A stretch of DNA of 64,000 nucleotides from Mobula birostris (GCF_030028105.1 NC_092380.1:12117123-12181122), one strand, 5' to 3'; counted from the stretch's first letter, positions 13,637 through 27,479 are shown. Notes: generated by a model not told the origin, from the sequence alone. Made by a program: numbers and translations.

Positions 13637-14282
13637 CTGAAAGATAAAAGCATATCAGATAATTATGTTGATGAATATTTCAATTAAAACATTTCTATGC
13701 ACCTGCAATAGCTGATATTAACAGCCCTCTGTACTATGTTTCAGACAGCTCCATTAAAATGCAGCAAATTATGGCTGCACAATCAGACTTATATTTCAAA
13801 ATCAACATTATTGATAGTTTCAAAATTACCTTGAGGTCAAGTATGACCTGGTTTACAACTGGACCAACTTGATATTTGTTGTTTCTTGAAAAAAAATTCT
13901 CACTTTTACATTCAGCCATCTCTCTGCTGTGAATGCTGAATCAGCTAACGACACAAAGAGGGGAGGAACCTTGGATCATGCTGCTCTCTGTATTTAGAGT
14001 ATTTCCACAATACCTTGACTTTTAAAGACAGAACTTTAGAGTTTTACATGAAGGAAACTTCACACTTTCATTTCTGTATAATTAAGTGCAACCCAATGAA
14101 GGGATTTTATGTTTAGCCTCACTCTCCTCTCAAAAGTTTGGAATTTGCTGTGTTAAAATCTGTAAGCAAATGGAAACTTCTCAGAACAAGGAAGCAAGAT
14201 TGCAAACTGCTCTCTGCAGACCTACAGTTTGCCCCATAATATCCAGCTCAACTAGCCATTATTCCTAGAATAATGTCACAAC

Positions 14283-17200
14283 ATACTTTATACTTTATTG
14301 TTGCCAAACAACTGGTACTAGAACAGACAATCATCACAGCGAAATTTGATTCTGCGCTTCCCACTCCCTGGATTACAAATATTAAATATTAAAAATATTT
14401 AAAATAGTAAAAATTAGTAAATATTAAAATTTAAATTATAAATCATAAATAGAAAAATAGAAAGTAAGGTAGTGCAAAAAAACCGAGAGGCAGGTCCAGA
14501 TATTTGGAGGGTACGGCCCACATCCGGGTCAGGATCCGTTCAGTAGTCTTATCACAGTTGGAAAGAAGCTGTTCCCAAATCTGGCCGTACGAGTCTTCAA
14601 GCTCCTGAGCCTTCTCTCGGAGGGAAGAGGGACGAAAAGTGTGTTGGCTGGGTGGGTCGTGTCCTTGATTATCCTGGCAGCACTGCTCCAACAGCACACG
14701 GTGTAAAGTGAGTCCACGGACGGAAAATTGGTTTGTGTGATGTGCTGCGCCGTGTTCATGATCTTCTGCAGCTTCTTTCGGTCTTGGACAGGACAACTTC
14801 CATACCAGGTCGTGATGCACCCTAGAAGAATGCTTTCTACGGTGCATCTATAAAAATGAGTGAGAGTTTTAGGGGACAGGCCAAATTTCTTTAGTTTTCT
14901 CAGGAAGTAAAGGCGCCGGTGGGCCTTCTTGGCAGTGAACTCTGCTTGGTTGGACCAAGTCAGGTCATTTGTGATATTAATCCCGAGGAACTTAAAGCTT
15001 TTGACCTGTTCCCTTGCGCACCACCAATGTAAATAGAGCCGTGCGGTCCGCTACTCCTTCTGAAGTCAACAACCAATTCCTTCGTCTTGCTGACGTTGAA
15101 GGATAGGTTATTGTCTTCGCACCATGCCACCAGGTTCTTAATTTCCTCTCTGTACTCAAACTCATCATTACCCGAGATACGGCCTACAATTGTTGTGTCA
15201 TCAGCAAACTTACATATTGAGTTTGATGGAAACTTGGCTACACAATCAAGGGTGTACAGTGAGTACAGCAGGGGGCTAAGTACACAGCCTTGTGGGGCAC
15301 CGGTGCTCAGAGTGATTGTAGAGGAGAGCTTGTCCCTTATTTTTACAGCCTGGGTCCTGTCTGTGAGGAAGCTGAAGATCCAGCTGCAGACCTGAGTGCT
15401 GAGGCCCAGGTTCCAGAGCTTATGAATCAGTTTATTTGGAGTGATGGTATTAAAGGCAGAGCTGTAGTCAATGAAAAGGAGCCTTACGTATGCTTCTTTA
15501 TTCTCCAGGTATTCTAAAAAGGAATGTAGGGCCAGAGAGATGGCATCTGCCGTTGACCTGTTGCTCTGGTAGGCTGTGGTTGATGTGTGTCATAACCAAT
15601 CTCTCGAAACACTTCATAGCAATTGATGTCAGAGCCACAGGTCAATAGTCATTCAGGCATGCCACCTTGCTCTTCTTCGGCACTGGGATTATCGTTGCCT
15701 TCTTAAAACACGAGGGGATCTTAGACTGAAGCAAGGAGCAATTGAAGATGTCAGCAAACACTCCAGCTAGCTCGCTTGCTCAGGACCGGAGAACCCGTCC
15801 TGAGACGCCATCTGGGCCTATTGTCTTCCTTGGATTTATCTTCAGGAAGGCCCTTCTAACGTCCTCCTCGGTGACGATGATTCTCGATGCCACCAGGTCT
15901 GGTTCATCCAGAGTGAGCAGGACGCTCCTCTTCTGTTCGAATCTTGCGTAGGATACATTAAGTTCCTCAGGAAGAGAAGCGCCACAGTTATCGATATTCC
16001 CAGCCTTTTCTTTGCACCCAGTGATCTCATTTAGACCCTGCCATAGTCTACTGGCATCCCTCTGGTTAGCCTGGGCTTCCAACTTGGCTCGATATTGACA
16101 CTTGGCGCCCTTAATGGCTTTCTGGAGTTCACACCTGGATTCCGTGTAGCAACTGGTATCCCTAGACCTAAAAGCCGCAGCTCTAGCCTTTAAAAGGGAC
16201 TTGGCCTCATAATTCATCCAAAGTTTCCGGTTAGGGAATACCCAGATCGTCTTGCGAGACACACAGTCCTCCGTGCATTTCCAACTAAAGTCCGTGACAG
16301 CTGAGGCATACTCATCGAGGTTAGCTGCCGAGTCCTTGAATACTAACCAGTCCACCAATTCAAAGCAGTCACGGAGGACCTCATCCATTTCCTCAATCCA
16401 ACGCGACACTACTTTTGACACCGTGACCTCCCGCTTCAGTTTCTGTTTGTAAGCTGGGAGGTGGAGTATGGCCTGATGGTCCGATTTTCCAAAGTGAGGT
16501 CATGGGACAGAACAGTAGGCATCCTTGACTGCTGTGTAGCAGTGGTCAAGTATATTCGGGACTCTAGTGGGGCAGGAGAGATGTTGGTATAACTTTGGCA
16601 GTGCCTTTCTGAGGTTGGCCTGGTTAAAGTCTCTGGCTGTAATGAGCAAAGCCTCCGGATACCTGGTCTCAAGTTCACTGATGTTGGCATACAGTATGTT
16701 CAGAGCACACCCCACGTCCGCCTGGGGGGGGGGGGGGGGGCTGAAATGTAGACCGCTGTAAGTATGACCGAGGTGAATTCCCATGGCAGATAGCAGGGAC
16801 GACACTTCACCGACAGGTGTTTCAGGTCCGGGCTGCAGGAGCTTGTCAGAGCCACTGTGTCTGAGCACCACGCAGTGTTGATCAATAGGCAGACACCACC
16901 TCCCCTCGTCTTGCCCGAAGACGCCATGCGGTCCATCCGATGGATTGAAAATCCCTCCTGTCGGATGACACAGTCAGGGGTGGCAGGGGAGAGCCAGGTC
17001 TCGGTGAAACAGAATACATAGCAGTTCTGCATCTCCCTGCAGTAGGTGAGTCTCCCTTTAAGATCATCCACCTTGTTCTCTATGGCTTGCACATTAGCAA
17101 GTAGGATGGTGGACATAGGGACCCTGATGCCCCTCAGCTTCAATCTGACCAGCAGCCCAGCTCTTTTCCCACGTTTCCTCGGTAAGTAGTGCATCTTTCC

Positions 17201-17806
17201 AGGTTTCATTGATGCACTGTGTTGTTGTCAGCTCTTTGAGGTAGGTGGATGCGTCCTGCGGGGATCCATCAGCTGGTCGCATCATCGGACACTCCGGGTC
17301 GGGCCAAGTAACGGGGGAGGCTCTGCTGCCACTTCCAGCTGCCAGGGGCCCGGCTGTCGATTGGGTCAGGCCCCGAAGCCAACACTTAATCCCGAATGGC
17401 CGGGCTCCTGGCTGAAACAAGTCCGTAAACCGAGTCATGGTTGCGGAAGCCTCCGCTCCAGCCAAGCCTTGGGCTCGATTTCCGGGATCGGCGGCGGAGG
17501 TCTCTCTTCCAGCAGCTGTGGATGGCCACCAACGGGGCCTTACAGTGGTCGCTGCGAGGAAGCGTCTGGGGCACCTTGAGGTCTCCGCCGTCATTTCTGT
17601 GTGGTTGTCTGCTCCAGAGAGGTGCTGGTCAGAATGGGCCACGTCTCCAAGCACTCTGGCACGCTAGCAGACCCCGGGTCTCCGGAAACGTAGTGGGCCT
17701 CGCTGGTCGGGTCCAGGTGCGGTCCAGAGTTTAAGAAGCAATTCTGGCGCAGTCGTCTCCAGCTGGGTCAGTAGCTTCGCCAGGGTATTGTTGATCTTGA
17801 AACAAA
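14283..17806 (-). mobile_element. Near full-length Rex1/Babar-type LINE (APE endonuclease plus RT, disrupted)
   Basis: [59 protein letters not shown] and C-terminal TARFGNSFFPTVIRLLN. Has a 3' AATAAAGTAT repeat tail and a GC-rich 5' region. Confidence 0.92.
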
Positions 17807-17809
17807 CAT

Positions 17810-18200
17810 CAAACCTGGATCGTTTTTGCTGGAGTATCAGAGGCTAAGAGGCGATCTGACAGAAGTCTCTGCAATTATGAGGTTGGTGTCTTTTTCTCTT
17901 AGCCAGAAATGTCAAATACCAGAGGACATAGGCTTAAGGTGAGAGGGGAAAAGTTTGAAGGAAATGTGCAAGGCAAGTACCCCGCCCCCCCCCGCCACAC
18001 ACACACACACACAGTGGTAGGTGGCTGGAATGCTACCAGGAATGCTTATGAAGCATTTAGTCACGCAAATGAATAGTCGGGGTATGGGGGGGGGGGGGGG
18101 GGGAGATATCAACCACAAATAGTCAGATGAGACCAGATTGACATCACAGCACAGGCACGATGAACTGAAGTGCTTGACTCTGCGCTGTACTGTTCTATGT
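17810..18200 (+). mobile_element. CR1 LINE 3' fragment
   Basis: LEYQRLRGDL and TRGHRLKVRG-like peptides, ending in ctgtactgttctatgtt. Confidence 0.7.
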
Positions 18201-19544
18201 TTAGTATTAAGTATGCAGCTTGATATGACTCAATATTGGAATGAATTTTAGTATGTGCAGGGTAGATCCAGAACTGTCCTTTATTCTTGCGTATTCTGAC
18301 CATGGCTATGGGTCTGCATCTCCTTTTGTGTTGGGGTGCAGCATGAGCGAGGGCAAAGGTAATGAAAAATTGCTACCCTCTGTAACTTCTCCAAAGTCAT
18401 CACATACTTCCTTCAGCATGGCAATCAGAACTGAGAAAAATTCCAAACTAAACTTTTATACTACACGACTTTCCAATTTGTATATTCAATGCCCCAAATA
18501 TTGAAGGCAAACGCACTATTTACCTTATTTACTACCCTACATATTTTTACATTTCAAGCTGCCACACATAACCCAACTGCATTTTGGACTGCCCAAGACC
18601 ATCAAAAGACATTTTGTGCATGCTCACGACAAAAGTCCTTAAATCAATAGACAATTGGAAGCAACTGCATTTAAGTAAAAGAAATTAAATTTCAAAAGCG
18701 GCTAACGAAGTTCTTGAACTCCTAGCCAATATAACGACCGGTCTCAACTCCAAACTGGCTGGTTCTCATTGAAGAAATGTGCTTAGATCTAGTTTTATTT
18801 AGAACAGTAAATAGGAAATAAAGGAGTTGACAGACACAACCATAGTTAACAACTAGCAACATGACATAACAGAATTCTGAAGTGCCTTTCCCACTAGCAA
18901 TTTTTCCCTCCAAATCTTTAGTTACAATTCCATTTCAATTTTTGCTCAACTGAATTTGTCACCAAACAGATGAACTATGTACAGTTCATTCTGTAGAACA
19001 CCAGCAAGCCCACAGGTGTAAAAAATTAACACATTTTCTAGGCTCAGCTGCTTTCTGATGGCACATTTACAAGCACCGTTGTGCTGACAAGAAAAGCAAT
19101 GTTAATTCACAATCCTGCCACGAAGAAGCGTCCCTTTCAAAATCTAAATAAACTGCTGAAAAGTATTTGAATGACAAAGAAATTATTTCAGCTACATCAC
19201 TTTACTCCAAAATGTGGCACTTGCAGACTCAGCTCATTGAAGAACTGATGGAAATTATTTCTTTCCAGGGTCTCTGAAAACATGAACACTGTACTACTAC
19301 AGATTTATCTCTAGAATAAGGATGTGCAAACACATTTTAATAAACTTCTTCTACACCACTGTTCTACAATATCACTTATCAAATATCAGCAGTCAGTGAA
19401 TAAATAGCTTTACAAAACATAATGGATGTTAAGAATATACAGTTCTAATGAAATACTGGGGTATTTTCCTGGCATATTTCAATAGCTAACATAAACAAAT
19501 AAGGAGAGAACTGGTAGACCCAGCACTCTTCACTTAAAAATACA

Positions 19545-21069
19545 CACTGCTTTGAAAATGTATTCAGTCCCCGCAACTATTTTCACATTTTACTATTTTC
19601 TACATTTAACATATATATTAAAGTAGGATTTTTTAAGCTAATCTACAAAACATTGTGCATCACATCAAACCAAGAGAAAAATTACAAAACCTGTCAACAA
19701 TTTATGAAAAATTAAAAACTAAAATAGTGAGGCTGAAAAAGTATTCATCTCCTTTGTAAATACTATGCTAGCTTTCCTCAGGTGCAATACTGTATATTAC
19801 CTTACCAACTCACCCAATTTGTTGATGTAGAAAATTGGATGAACACCTGAATAAATACATCCTCTCTTTGTAAGGTCCAACAGTATGGTAAAATTTCAAC
19901 AAACCAAACCAAAGTGAAGACAAAAGAGCACGTTAGGGAAAAAATAACAGGGAAGCACAAACCTTAGGAAGGGTACTAGATTATCTCAAAAGCATTGAAT
20001 ATACCTTGGAACTCAGTACATTCCATTGCATAAAAGTGGAAAAAATATAAAATCACAACCACAATCCCTCTATACATAATGGCTGGAGAAGAATACCACT
20101 TGTAAGTGAGGCTGCTATGACGCCAACAGTCACTCTGAGTGAGCTGCAGAAGCCAGTGTCTGCAACTGTTGAAGTTCATGGCTCCATATTCTCTTAAGGT
20201 CTTGCACAAAAAGGGTATTTGTGGAAGACAGGCAAGGAAGCAGCCCTGCCTAAAAAAAAAGCACATCTTTCCCTGTAAAGATCGCAAAGCATCACTTTGA
20301 AGATACGGTATCATGTGGAAGAAGGTCTTATGGTTGGATGAGACTAAGTGGAATGTTTTGGCCTCAATACTAAACGATATATGTGGCACAAATCTAATAC
20401 CGCACATCAGCCAAGTAACACCATCTCTAACGTATGGTGGAGGAAGCATCATGCTATGGGGATACTTCTCAGCAGCAAGGACTGGAAATCTGATCACAAT
20501 TGTTGGGAAGATAAATGCTGCTAAAAACAGAGACATCCTGGATAAAACTTGCTAGCCTCTGTCAGAAAGCTTAAACTGGGAAGTTCATCTTTCAGTAGGA
20601 CAACAACCCCATGCACACTGCCAGAGCAACCATAGAGTGGCTTCAAATATGAAAACTGATATCCTTCAATGGCACAGTCAGATCATCTCCAGCAAGACCT
20701 AAGACTGCTGTCCACCGCTGCTCCCCAACTAACCTGGCACAGCTTATGCAACTTAGTAAGGAGGAAAGGGCAACCTTGCTCCATTTATGCAACACATTAG
20801 AAACTTATTCAAATAAGATAATTATCCTGCGAGAGGTGGTTCATCCAAGTACTCAGCAGAGGGATAACTACTTTTGAACTATTGATATTTCAGTTTTTGA
20901 ATTTTTTGTTTTTCATGCTTTACAATTCTCCATTTTTGGGCTCTACCGTGAAAACAGGAGCATGCAATTCACAAATAAAAATTCTCAGTTAATTTGATCA
21001 AAATCCCTGGTTGCAATACACATTTATGTGAACAAAGGGTCGGGGGCTGAATACTTTTACAAAGCACTG
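19545..21069 (+). mobile_element. Degenerate Tc1-like DNA transposon (IR/DR type)
   Basis: Ends cactgctttgaaaatgtattcagtcccc / ggggctgaatacttttacaaagcactg|TA, with inner direct repeats near 19735 and 20870. Transposase fragments WKKVLWLDETK and YGGGSIMLWGYFS. Confidence 0.9.
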
Positions 21070-22079
21070 TATTCATTTGTGAGCTAGGTAGCAAAAGGAA
21101 AAATTGAAGTCCACGCTCAGAACTGTGAAACTGAATCTGGATCAGAAAATCTGACGACTATGTAGCACAGTCTGGATACAAGGCAGTATACGTTTACAAT
21201 CCTCTCAGAGACCAAGGCAACTATTTCCTACTTCATTTTATAACCAAATGCTGCATCTTAAGGAGGGCAAAGCAATAGAAAAATGGTTTGGAATATTGTA
21301 TTCAAAATACACCACATGGCCTTCTGAGTACAGTTGTCCAGGAACATCAGGACTAGAACAGAGGGTGAAAGGACTGAACATGTTGGACTGGTTTGACAGC
21401 TGTGTAAGCCATCAAGTATCGACAGTGTGGCCTCTCCATGTACTCTTTGTCAAAGACCCTTTCAAACAGGCATAGAGACGGTTTCTATAACCCAGCATCC
21501 TAACTGATAAAAGCAGGACAAGTTGCTTGATTGCCAAAATAGAACCCTCCACAAAAACAGAAGAACTTAAGCCAGTGATCATTTTAATAAATTAAAATAA
21601 TACAACTTTTTTAAACCTGCGCACATGACCATTTAGAAGATTACATTTATCCCCATTAGTTACAGGCCAATATATTCAACTGTTCTTGCAAAAAGCTACA
21701 TATGGGCATCTTTCACATTGGATAATCAAATCTAGGGTGAACCCAAAACTCAAAGTATTTGCAACTGACTGGAAGTCAGATCACAGTTAAAAAGTTAAGG
21801 ATAAAAGAAATCTAATTAGTATCTTACTAGTTAATGTTCTGGTCAGAAGGGTTTATTCCACAACTAGACCATTAATTACCGCTGGTGAGAGCTGTAATAT
21901 TCTCAGATAAAAGGATTCAGAACTTTACAATAATTCATCAGATGAAAAAAGGGGCTGCTCTGTGTACTGATTTGTTGATTTTCCAGAATATTCCTGGAGC
22001 TGGTAAGCAACCATGTTAACAATAATACTATGAAGTTGAACTGTGATTTATGTCCATTAATTATGAACAAACATAGGCA

Positions 22080-22370
22080 AGATGGAGAAGCGGTTAATAT
22101 GGCTGCATAGCAGCTCCAGAAATTTGAGTTCATTTGTGACCTTGAGTGTTATCTTCACAGTTCTCTGTGACCTCATGGTTTTAAACCAGGTACTGCCATT
22201 TCCTTCCAAAGCATAAAGACTGACTAATAGGTCAATTGGCTTCTTCAGATTACCCTTTGGGAGTTACTATCAAAATAAATGAATTAACTGGTACATGTGC
22301 AGGAGAGTAAGTTGCAAGGGGACTGAAAAGAGAGAGCCAGAATGGACCTTTTTAGGATCTTGTGTTTAAG
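22080..22370 (+). mobile_element. Degraded tRNA-derived V-SINE (HE1-like)
   Basis: Decayed A/B-box head and V-domain-like core, similar to the copy at 43550. Confidence 0.45.
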
Positions 22371-23585
22371 TATAAGCTGAATTCTGCTAAATCATACAAA
22401 ATAAGACAAACATGCAAGATAAATGCAAACTTGAGCAAAGGAGATATGCTTTTTATTGCTGATGAAACTGTGCCATTTTGACCACTTGGAAAGATGAGCA
22501 TGAAAGTTAACTGCATTTAAGGCACTTAATGATACCAGACTGTAGTGAAATCACCAAGTAAACTTGCATCCATTATAACACATGAACTTCCTTTAGTTCT
22601 TTAAGAATCGCTCTGCACTCAATTATATCATGACTGATCTACCACGCATCTTAATTATTATTTATCTGGTTTGAATTTTGTAACATTTTAAAATTTGTTT
22701 GCTGTAATATCTGTTAAATTCAGTTTTTCACATTTTCAATTGCCTTTGCCTTCTGTTCTTTTGGAGGAATTAGCTCCAGATATCCACTATCCTACATGTT
22801 TGTTAGTGCTTTCAGACATGACTAAACAGCACAGAAAGTGTACAAAGTCATTTATAAATGAGACAGCAAATGTTTAAATTCTTAACAGTGTGGGCAATAC
22901 AAGGAATATAGATGCTAGAGGGAAGTACTTCATTTAGATGCGAGTGACTTTCATTCAATTACCACACAAACCATACACTTGGCCCTGTGTCATACAATGT
23001 TTCCAATATTTTAAAGCAGAAACATTAATTTTTAATGATAGGAAAGGACTTTTAGACCAATGAGTGAGTTCTCTTACAGATGACAGCAAATTCGCATGTT
23101 ACTATAGAACCAGCAAATCTTTCACTGGGCAGGGGGTTTTCTCCTTCAGTTACAGGGGGTCACCAACAGAAACGTTAAACAGGTTCTATTGGTTAAAACA
23201 AAATAATTAGATTTTCTTAGGTCTTGCTATATAGAAGACACTCATGCAAGACAATGCACTTAAATTTCAGCTGGTCTTCTCAAATCAAAAATTTTAATTT
23301 ATATTAATTGTGCATTTGTTTTTAAATTTTATTCATAAACTGCAAACATGCAGATCCTGGGGCATTGTTACCATAATATAAACAGTGAATGGGTTGCTAG
23401 AATTCTGAAGTTACTTTCTTTAAATATAAATGACACACAATATGGCAAGTTGACCAGTTGTAAAACCAAATATTCCACATTATTTTATTCTTACTGTGGC
23501 ATGTAACTTGAAACAGAAAATTGAACTTTTTATTTGCATTGCATCACCATGTAAGATGAAGACTAAAGCCCAGATTTTAACTTAC

Positions 23586-23837
23586 TGTGGCGGTTCCAGA
23601 TACAGGCTGTACATTGGCAATTGTGCCACTCTGTTCCCCAAGGGTCTGACTGGATGCGTAGATGTTCAGACTATGATCTGGGACTGGCGTCTGACCTGTG
23701 TAGTCCTGAGTGTGTGGAACAGTGTATTCTGTTGGAATTCCATTCTGTGGAGGAGGAGGAGGAGGGGGAGGAGGGAATGGAACTGTTGCATACGGCTGTA
23801 CCATAGCTTCTGGGGTGGCTGCTGGCTCCTGGCTACC
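23586..23837 (-). CDS. RBFOX2: RBFOX2 coding exon (252 nt, [16 protein letters not shown]...PQNGIPTEY...VSGTAT)
   Basis: Lies inside ORF 23577..23849, with acceptor ttcttcag| and donor |gtaagt. Peptide aligns with RBFOX2 [34 protein letters not shown]. Confidence 0.96.
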
Positions 23838-24982
23838 CTGAAGAAACATGAATGAAAAATGACATTTGAGGAACGTTTCTTATGACATTCTTGGATAGGA
23901 GTTAAATGTGAATATTCAATGACCTGACTGACATGACCACATTCAAGACATTAACAACAATTGTGCATGATATTTCCCCTTTAGGTTACTGAAGCATTAT
24001 GTCTGTTCATTTTTAATACCAAATTTTTTCAGAAATTACTGAAATATTAGAAATCATACTTATTCCCTGGAAAGATGAAGTTAAAAACTATATATGCCAA
24101 ATATCTGAAATACCACATGGAAGTATCAGAGAAGAGAATTGGGAGGATAATGCCTAAAGGACATTAGCATGAAAGCCTTGGAAACCTTAAGCTGGCTCTC
24201 GTCTTTTCTAAATGCTGGCAAACATTACTTCCGGTGTATTTTCTATTTTTATATATTTGCATAAGATAATTGTTAATATTTAGATTAGTAAAATTATATG
24301 GCAGCTTTTGTTGGGTGGGGGGGCAAGAGAAAGTTTGAAAATCAAACCATTTTCAAATTTCTGGTTTTGAAACATAGAAGCAAGATCAAAAGAATCAAAA
24401 CAGCACAATACAACAATCATTCAACTATGTGGCACAGATTTCAGATTGACAGAATACATGAAAGCTATTTCCAGTAATGATCCTTTAGGTAATCAGAGTT
24501 CACCAGTCTCATTGCTCATTAATAGTTTTCAAATGGCAGCATCATGTTTGAGTGAATGACTAATACCAACAGAACAGTTGTGCAAAATACACATTCTGCA
24601 TGAAAAAGTACCATAAATTATTGGTTTCTCAACATTTCTGTGTAGGATCCTTGCAAATACTAATCCATTTCCAAGTAGCTAGCAGTTTAAAACTCATGCT
24701 GAATTTCTGAGATCCATTCCCATATTTAGTTGCCAACATTGACAAAATATTAAATTTTCCTCATGATTCTGGCATGATAAATGATACACGGGAAAAAAAA
24801 ATGCTTAACACAGATTCAGTATGCCTGCTTTTGTGTTGAATAACCAGAAAATTTACAGCATATTAATCATGTGGACAAAAAATATGGGAGGGAAAGGGGG
24901 AATGACAGGGGAAATGACAGAGAGATGGGAAAAAAAACTAGACTTGGGCAGGCAATAGGTGAGAACACTTAAAAAACAACAA

Positions 24983-25080
24983 CATGCACAAAATGATGGA
25001 AGAACTTAGCAGGTCAGGCAGCGTCATGGAGAGAAATGAAGTCGATGTTTCGGGCTGAGACCCTTTATTGAGAGTCGGAC
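24983..25080 (-). repeat. Penelope pLTR-derived short repeat
   Basis: cacaaaatgatggaagaacttagcaggtcaggcagc...gtcgatgtttcgggctgagaccct, the same family as 28000 and 33250. Confidence 0.75.
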
Positions 25081-26829
25081 AAAATAAAAAGCACAATGTG
25101 ACTGTGTGAAGTTCAATATCCAAGTTATAATGTCCAGCTCCAGTCCACAAAACCCTTTTAAACATTTCTTCCCCTTAAGTCTCACTATTAAACCATATCT
25201 GATAGCATGGTCAAATAAATACAAACATAAACAATGCAATATTCCTACTAATTAGTCAAGTAAATCTAGCCTTTGGTTATGGAATATACATAATGTATTA
25301 GGGCTGGATATTTGTAGAACTGAAAAGGCCGATCGATTGCAAAACTGCTTTCACTTCGTATGTCAGAAGACAAAGTAATGTTACTAATTGGAGCACACTG
25401 ACCTCAGGTCCAGTCTTCAATGACCCTCATTAATTGCTGTCGTGTTTTCTGGCAACTACCATGTTGCATGTGTGAGGAGGCAAATATCAAAATACACAGG
25501 TTTGCCATGTAGCTGGTATGGGCATAAATTTCTACTACCAAATGTAACTGCCAGTGGAAAGAGATAATTTGTATTCCACCTTCATGACTATCACATCATC
25601 TCCACCCCACCCCCACCAAGTCAGTGCAGGAATGAAGACTGGCACTGAAATATTCAGTTTTATCAGCTGTAACACAAAACTCCATCATATGATACTTAAT
25701 ATCTACCATCCAGAACAATTTAACAGCAATACATATTTCATAATATGGATAGCTCCTTCAATGTGGGAATGCAACTGAACATTCACTGAAGGAAAAAGCT
25801 TGTTCACATTTGGCAAATCTCAGTAGGTAAACAGTGTTCATCTATAATACAGCTAAAAATAACTTAACGGTTAGAAAAGCATGGAAAAAGATGTTGGAAT
25901 ATATGATTTAACTGAAGTTAATGATGAAATCAAAGAAAGAAAGGACAAACCTTACATAAAAATGTAGTAGTTTTCTACTGAAGTATTACAATTTGGGGTT
26001 AAAAACAATGAAGTTAATTGAACTATCATGGATAATATTATAAAAAAAGAAACAACATGATACAAAAAAACTTGAATAAATCTCTTTTAGTGGGAATCTA
26101 GACACACAATTCTGTAAAATGAAATGGAATTTGCAGGAGGAACATCTATTAATAGAGGCATGGATACAAGTCATAAGCTAAATCACAGCTGTTGAACTCC
26201 AGTCACTGCTTATAGTAAGAAAGCAAAAGGTGCAAATAAAAATGAAAGACACCGTAACCTTAAATGTCATGATTTTTAATCTGTATTGTGACTAAAGGGC
26301 TGTCTGGTCTGCAGTAACCTTATGAACAGGTGTTACGTATTGGCAGAATTTGGGTACAACTTGCAGACAAAAAGAAAAATTATAGTTGCAGCTGTGTCTG
26401 ACTTTCCTAATTTTAAAATGCAACCATTAGGATCTGATGGCTTTTCCAACTACAGGTTCAGCAATTTTACAGCACTTCATTTTTATCTACAATTATGTGA
26501 CTCTACCCTTTTCTCTTATTGTTTTGACTTCCTTCGACTATACAACTGGCATTTCAATATCTCTACCCTTCATTAAAATTTATTCTTCATTTCTAGTCAT
26601 TTATGTTTTGTTCCTTCCTTTTACCTGAGGTTAATTAAACTTTACACTATTTTCTTCTGTAGCTGTCTCTTTATGACACTCAGACTTCTGTTTCTTAGGC
26701 TTTCACACTTTTTTGAAGATTCAGTTTGATTTTCTTTTGTACTCAGACGCAGATCTTTCATTCTTTTTAAAACAAACCAAGCCATAGCTAATAAGAAAGA
26801 TAAACAAATAGTATTAGAAAAAAAGGGAA

Positions 26830-27465
26830 TGTTATCAAATGGATAGCACTCAAAAAATAGGAATAGGCCACTTATTCCTGCCCTGGCCTTCAATGTGATC
26901 ATAGTTGATCTACATTAGCCTCCTCTGTGCCAGCATCCCATAGCACTAATTCCTCTATCTTCCACCATAAATGTTCCTGATTATTTGTCTTCCATCACCC
27001 TCAATAACAAAATTGCAAAAATTCAGCACCCTCTCAAAAGAAATTTGTATGTACCTCAGTTTTAGATGACTGGCCCCTTGGACTTGGAAATACTTAACAT
27101 CTACATTGCCAAACTGCCTTGATAGATCATTCTTCAAAATTCAAGGAACATAAACCCATGCTGTCTAGCTTTTCTTGATAGAATAACCTTCATATTCCAG
27201 AAATGAACCTGGCAAATCTTCTTTGCACTGCTTCTAATGTTACTATACCCTTTTAACAAAAAAAGATAAAGGGGCAAGTGGAATAAAACTGGGTACACTA
27301 TTCCAGATGCAGCCTCACCCAATACTCTGTACAACTGCAATAAACCCTCCCTATTCATAAATTTCAATCTCTCTGCAAACAGGGACAGCATATCATTTTC
27401 CCTCTTAACTAGTTGGACCTGCTTGCTAACTTTTTGATTTATGCACCAGAACGCCCAAATCCTAG
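26830..27465 (-). mobile_element. Degraded CR1 LINE 3' portion
   Basis: ORF 27134..27391 (REGLLQLYRVL) and a CR1 tail at about 26850-26920. Confidence 0.75.
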
Positions 27466-27479
27466 ATCAATTGAAGAAT

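Noticed and set aside
13412-13687. Plus-strand ORFs overlapping RBFOX2 exons (also 23496..23855 and 6276..6458)
   Set aside because: These are antisense shadows of real exons with no independent support.
17094-17734. Several overlapping GC-rich ORFs as a gene or LINE ORF1
   Set aside because: They show no recognisable domain and are expected by chance in the GC-rich 5' region of the Rex1 element.
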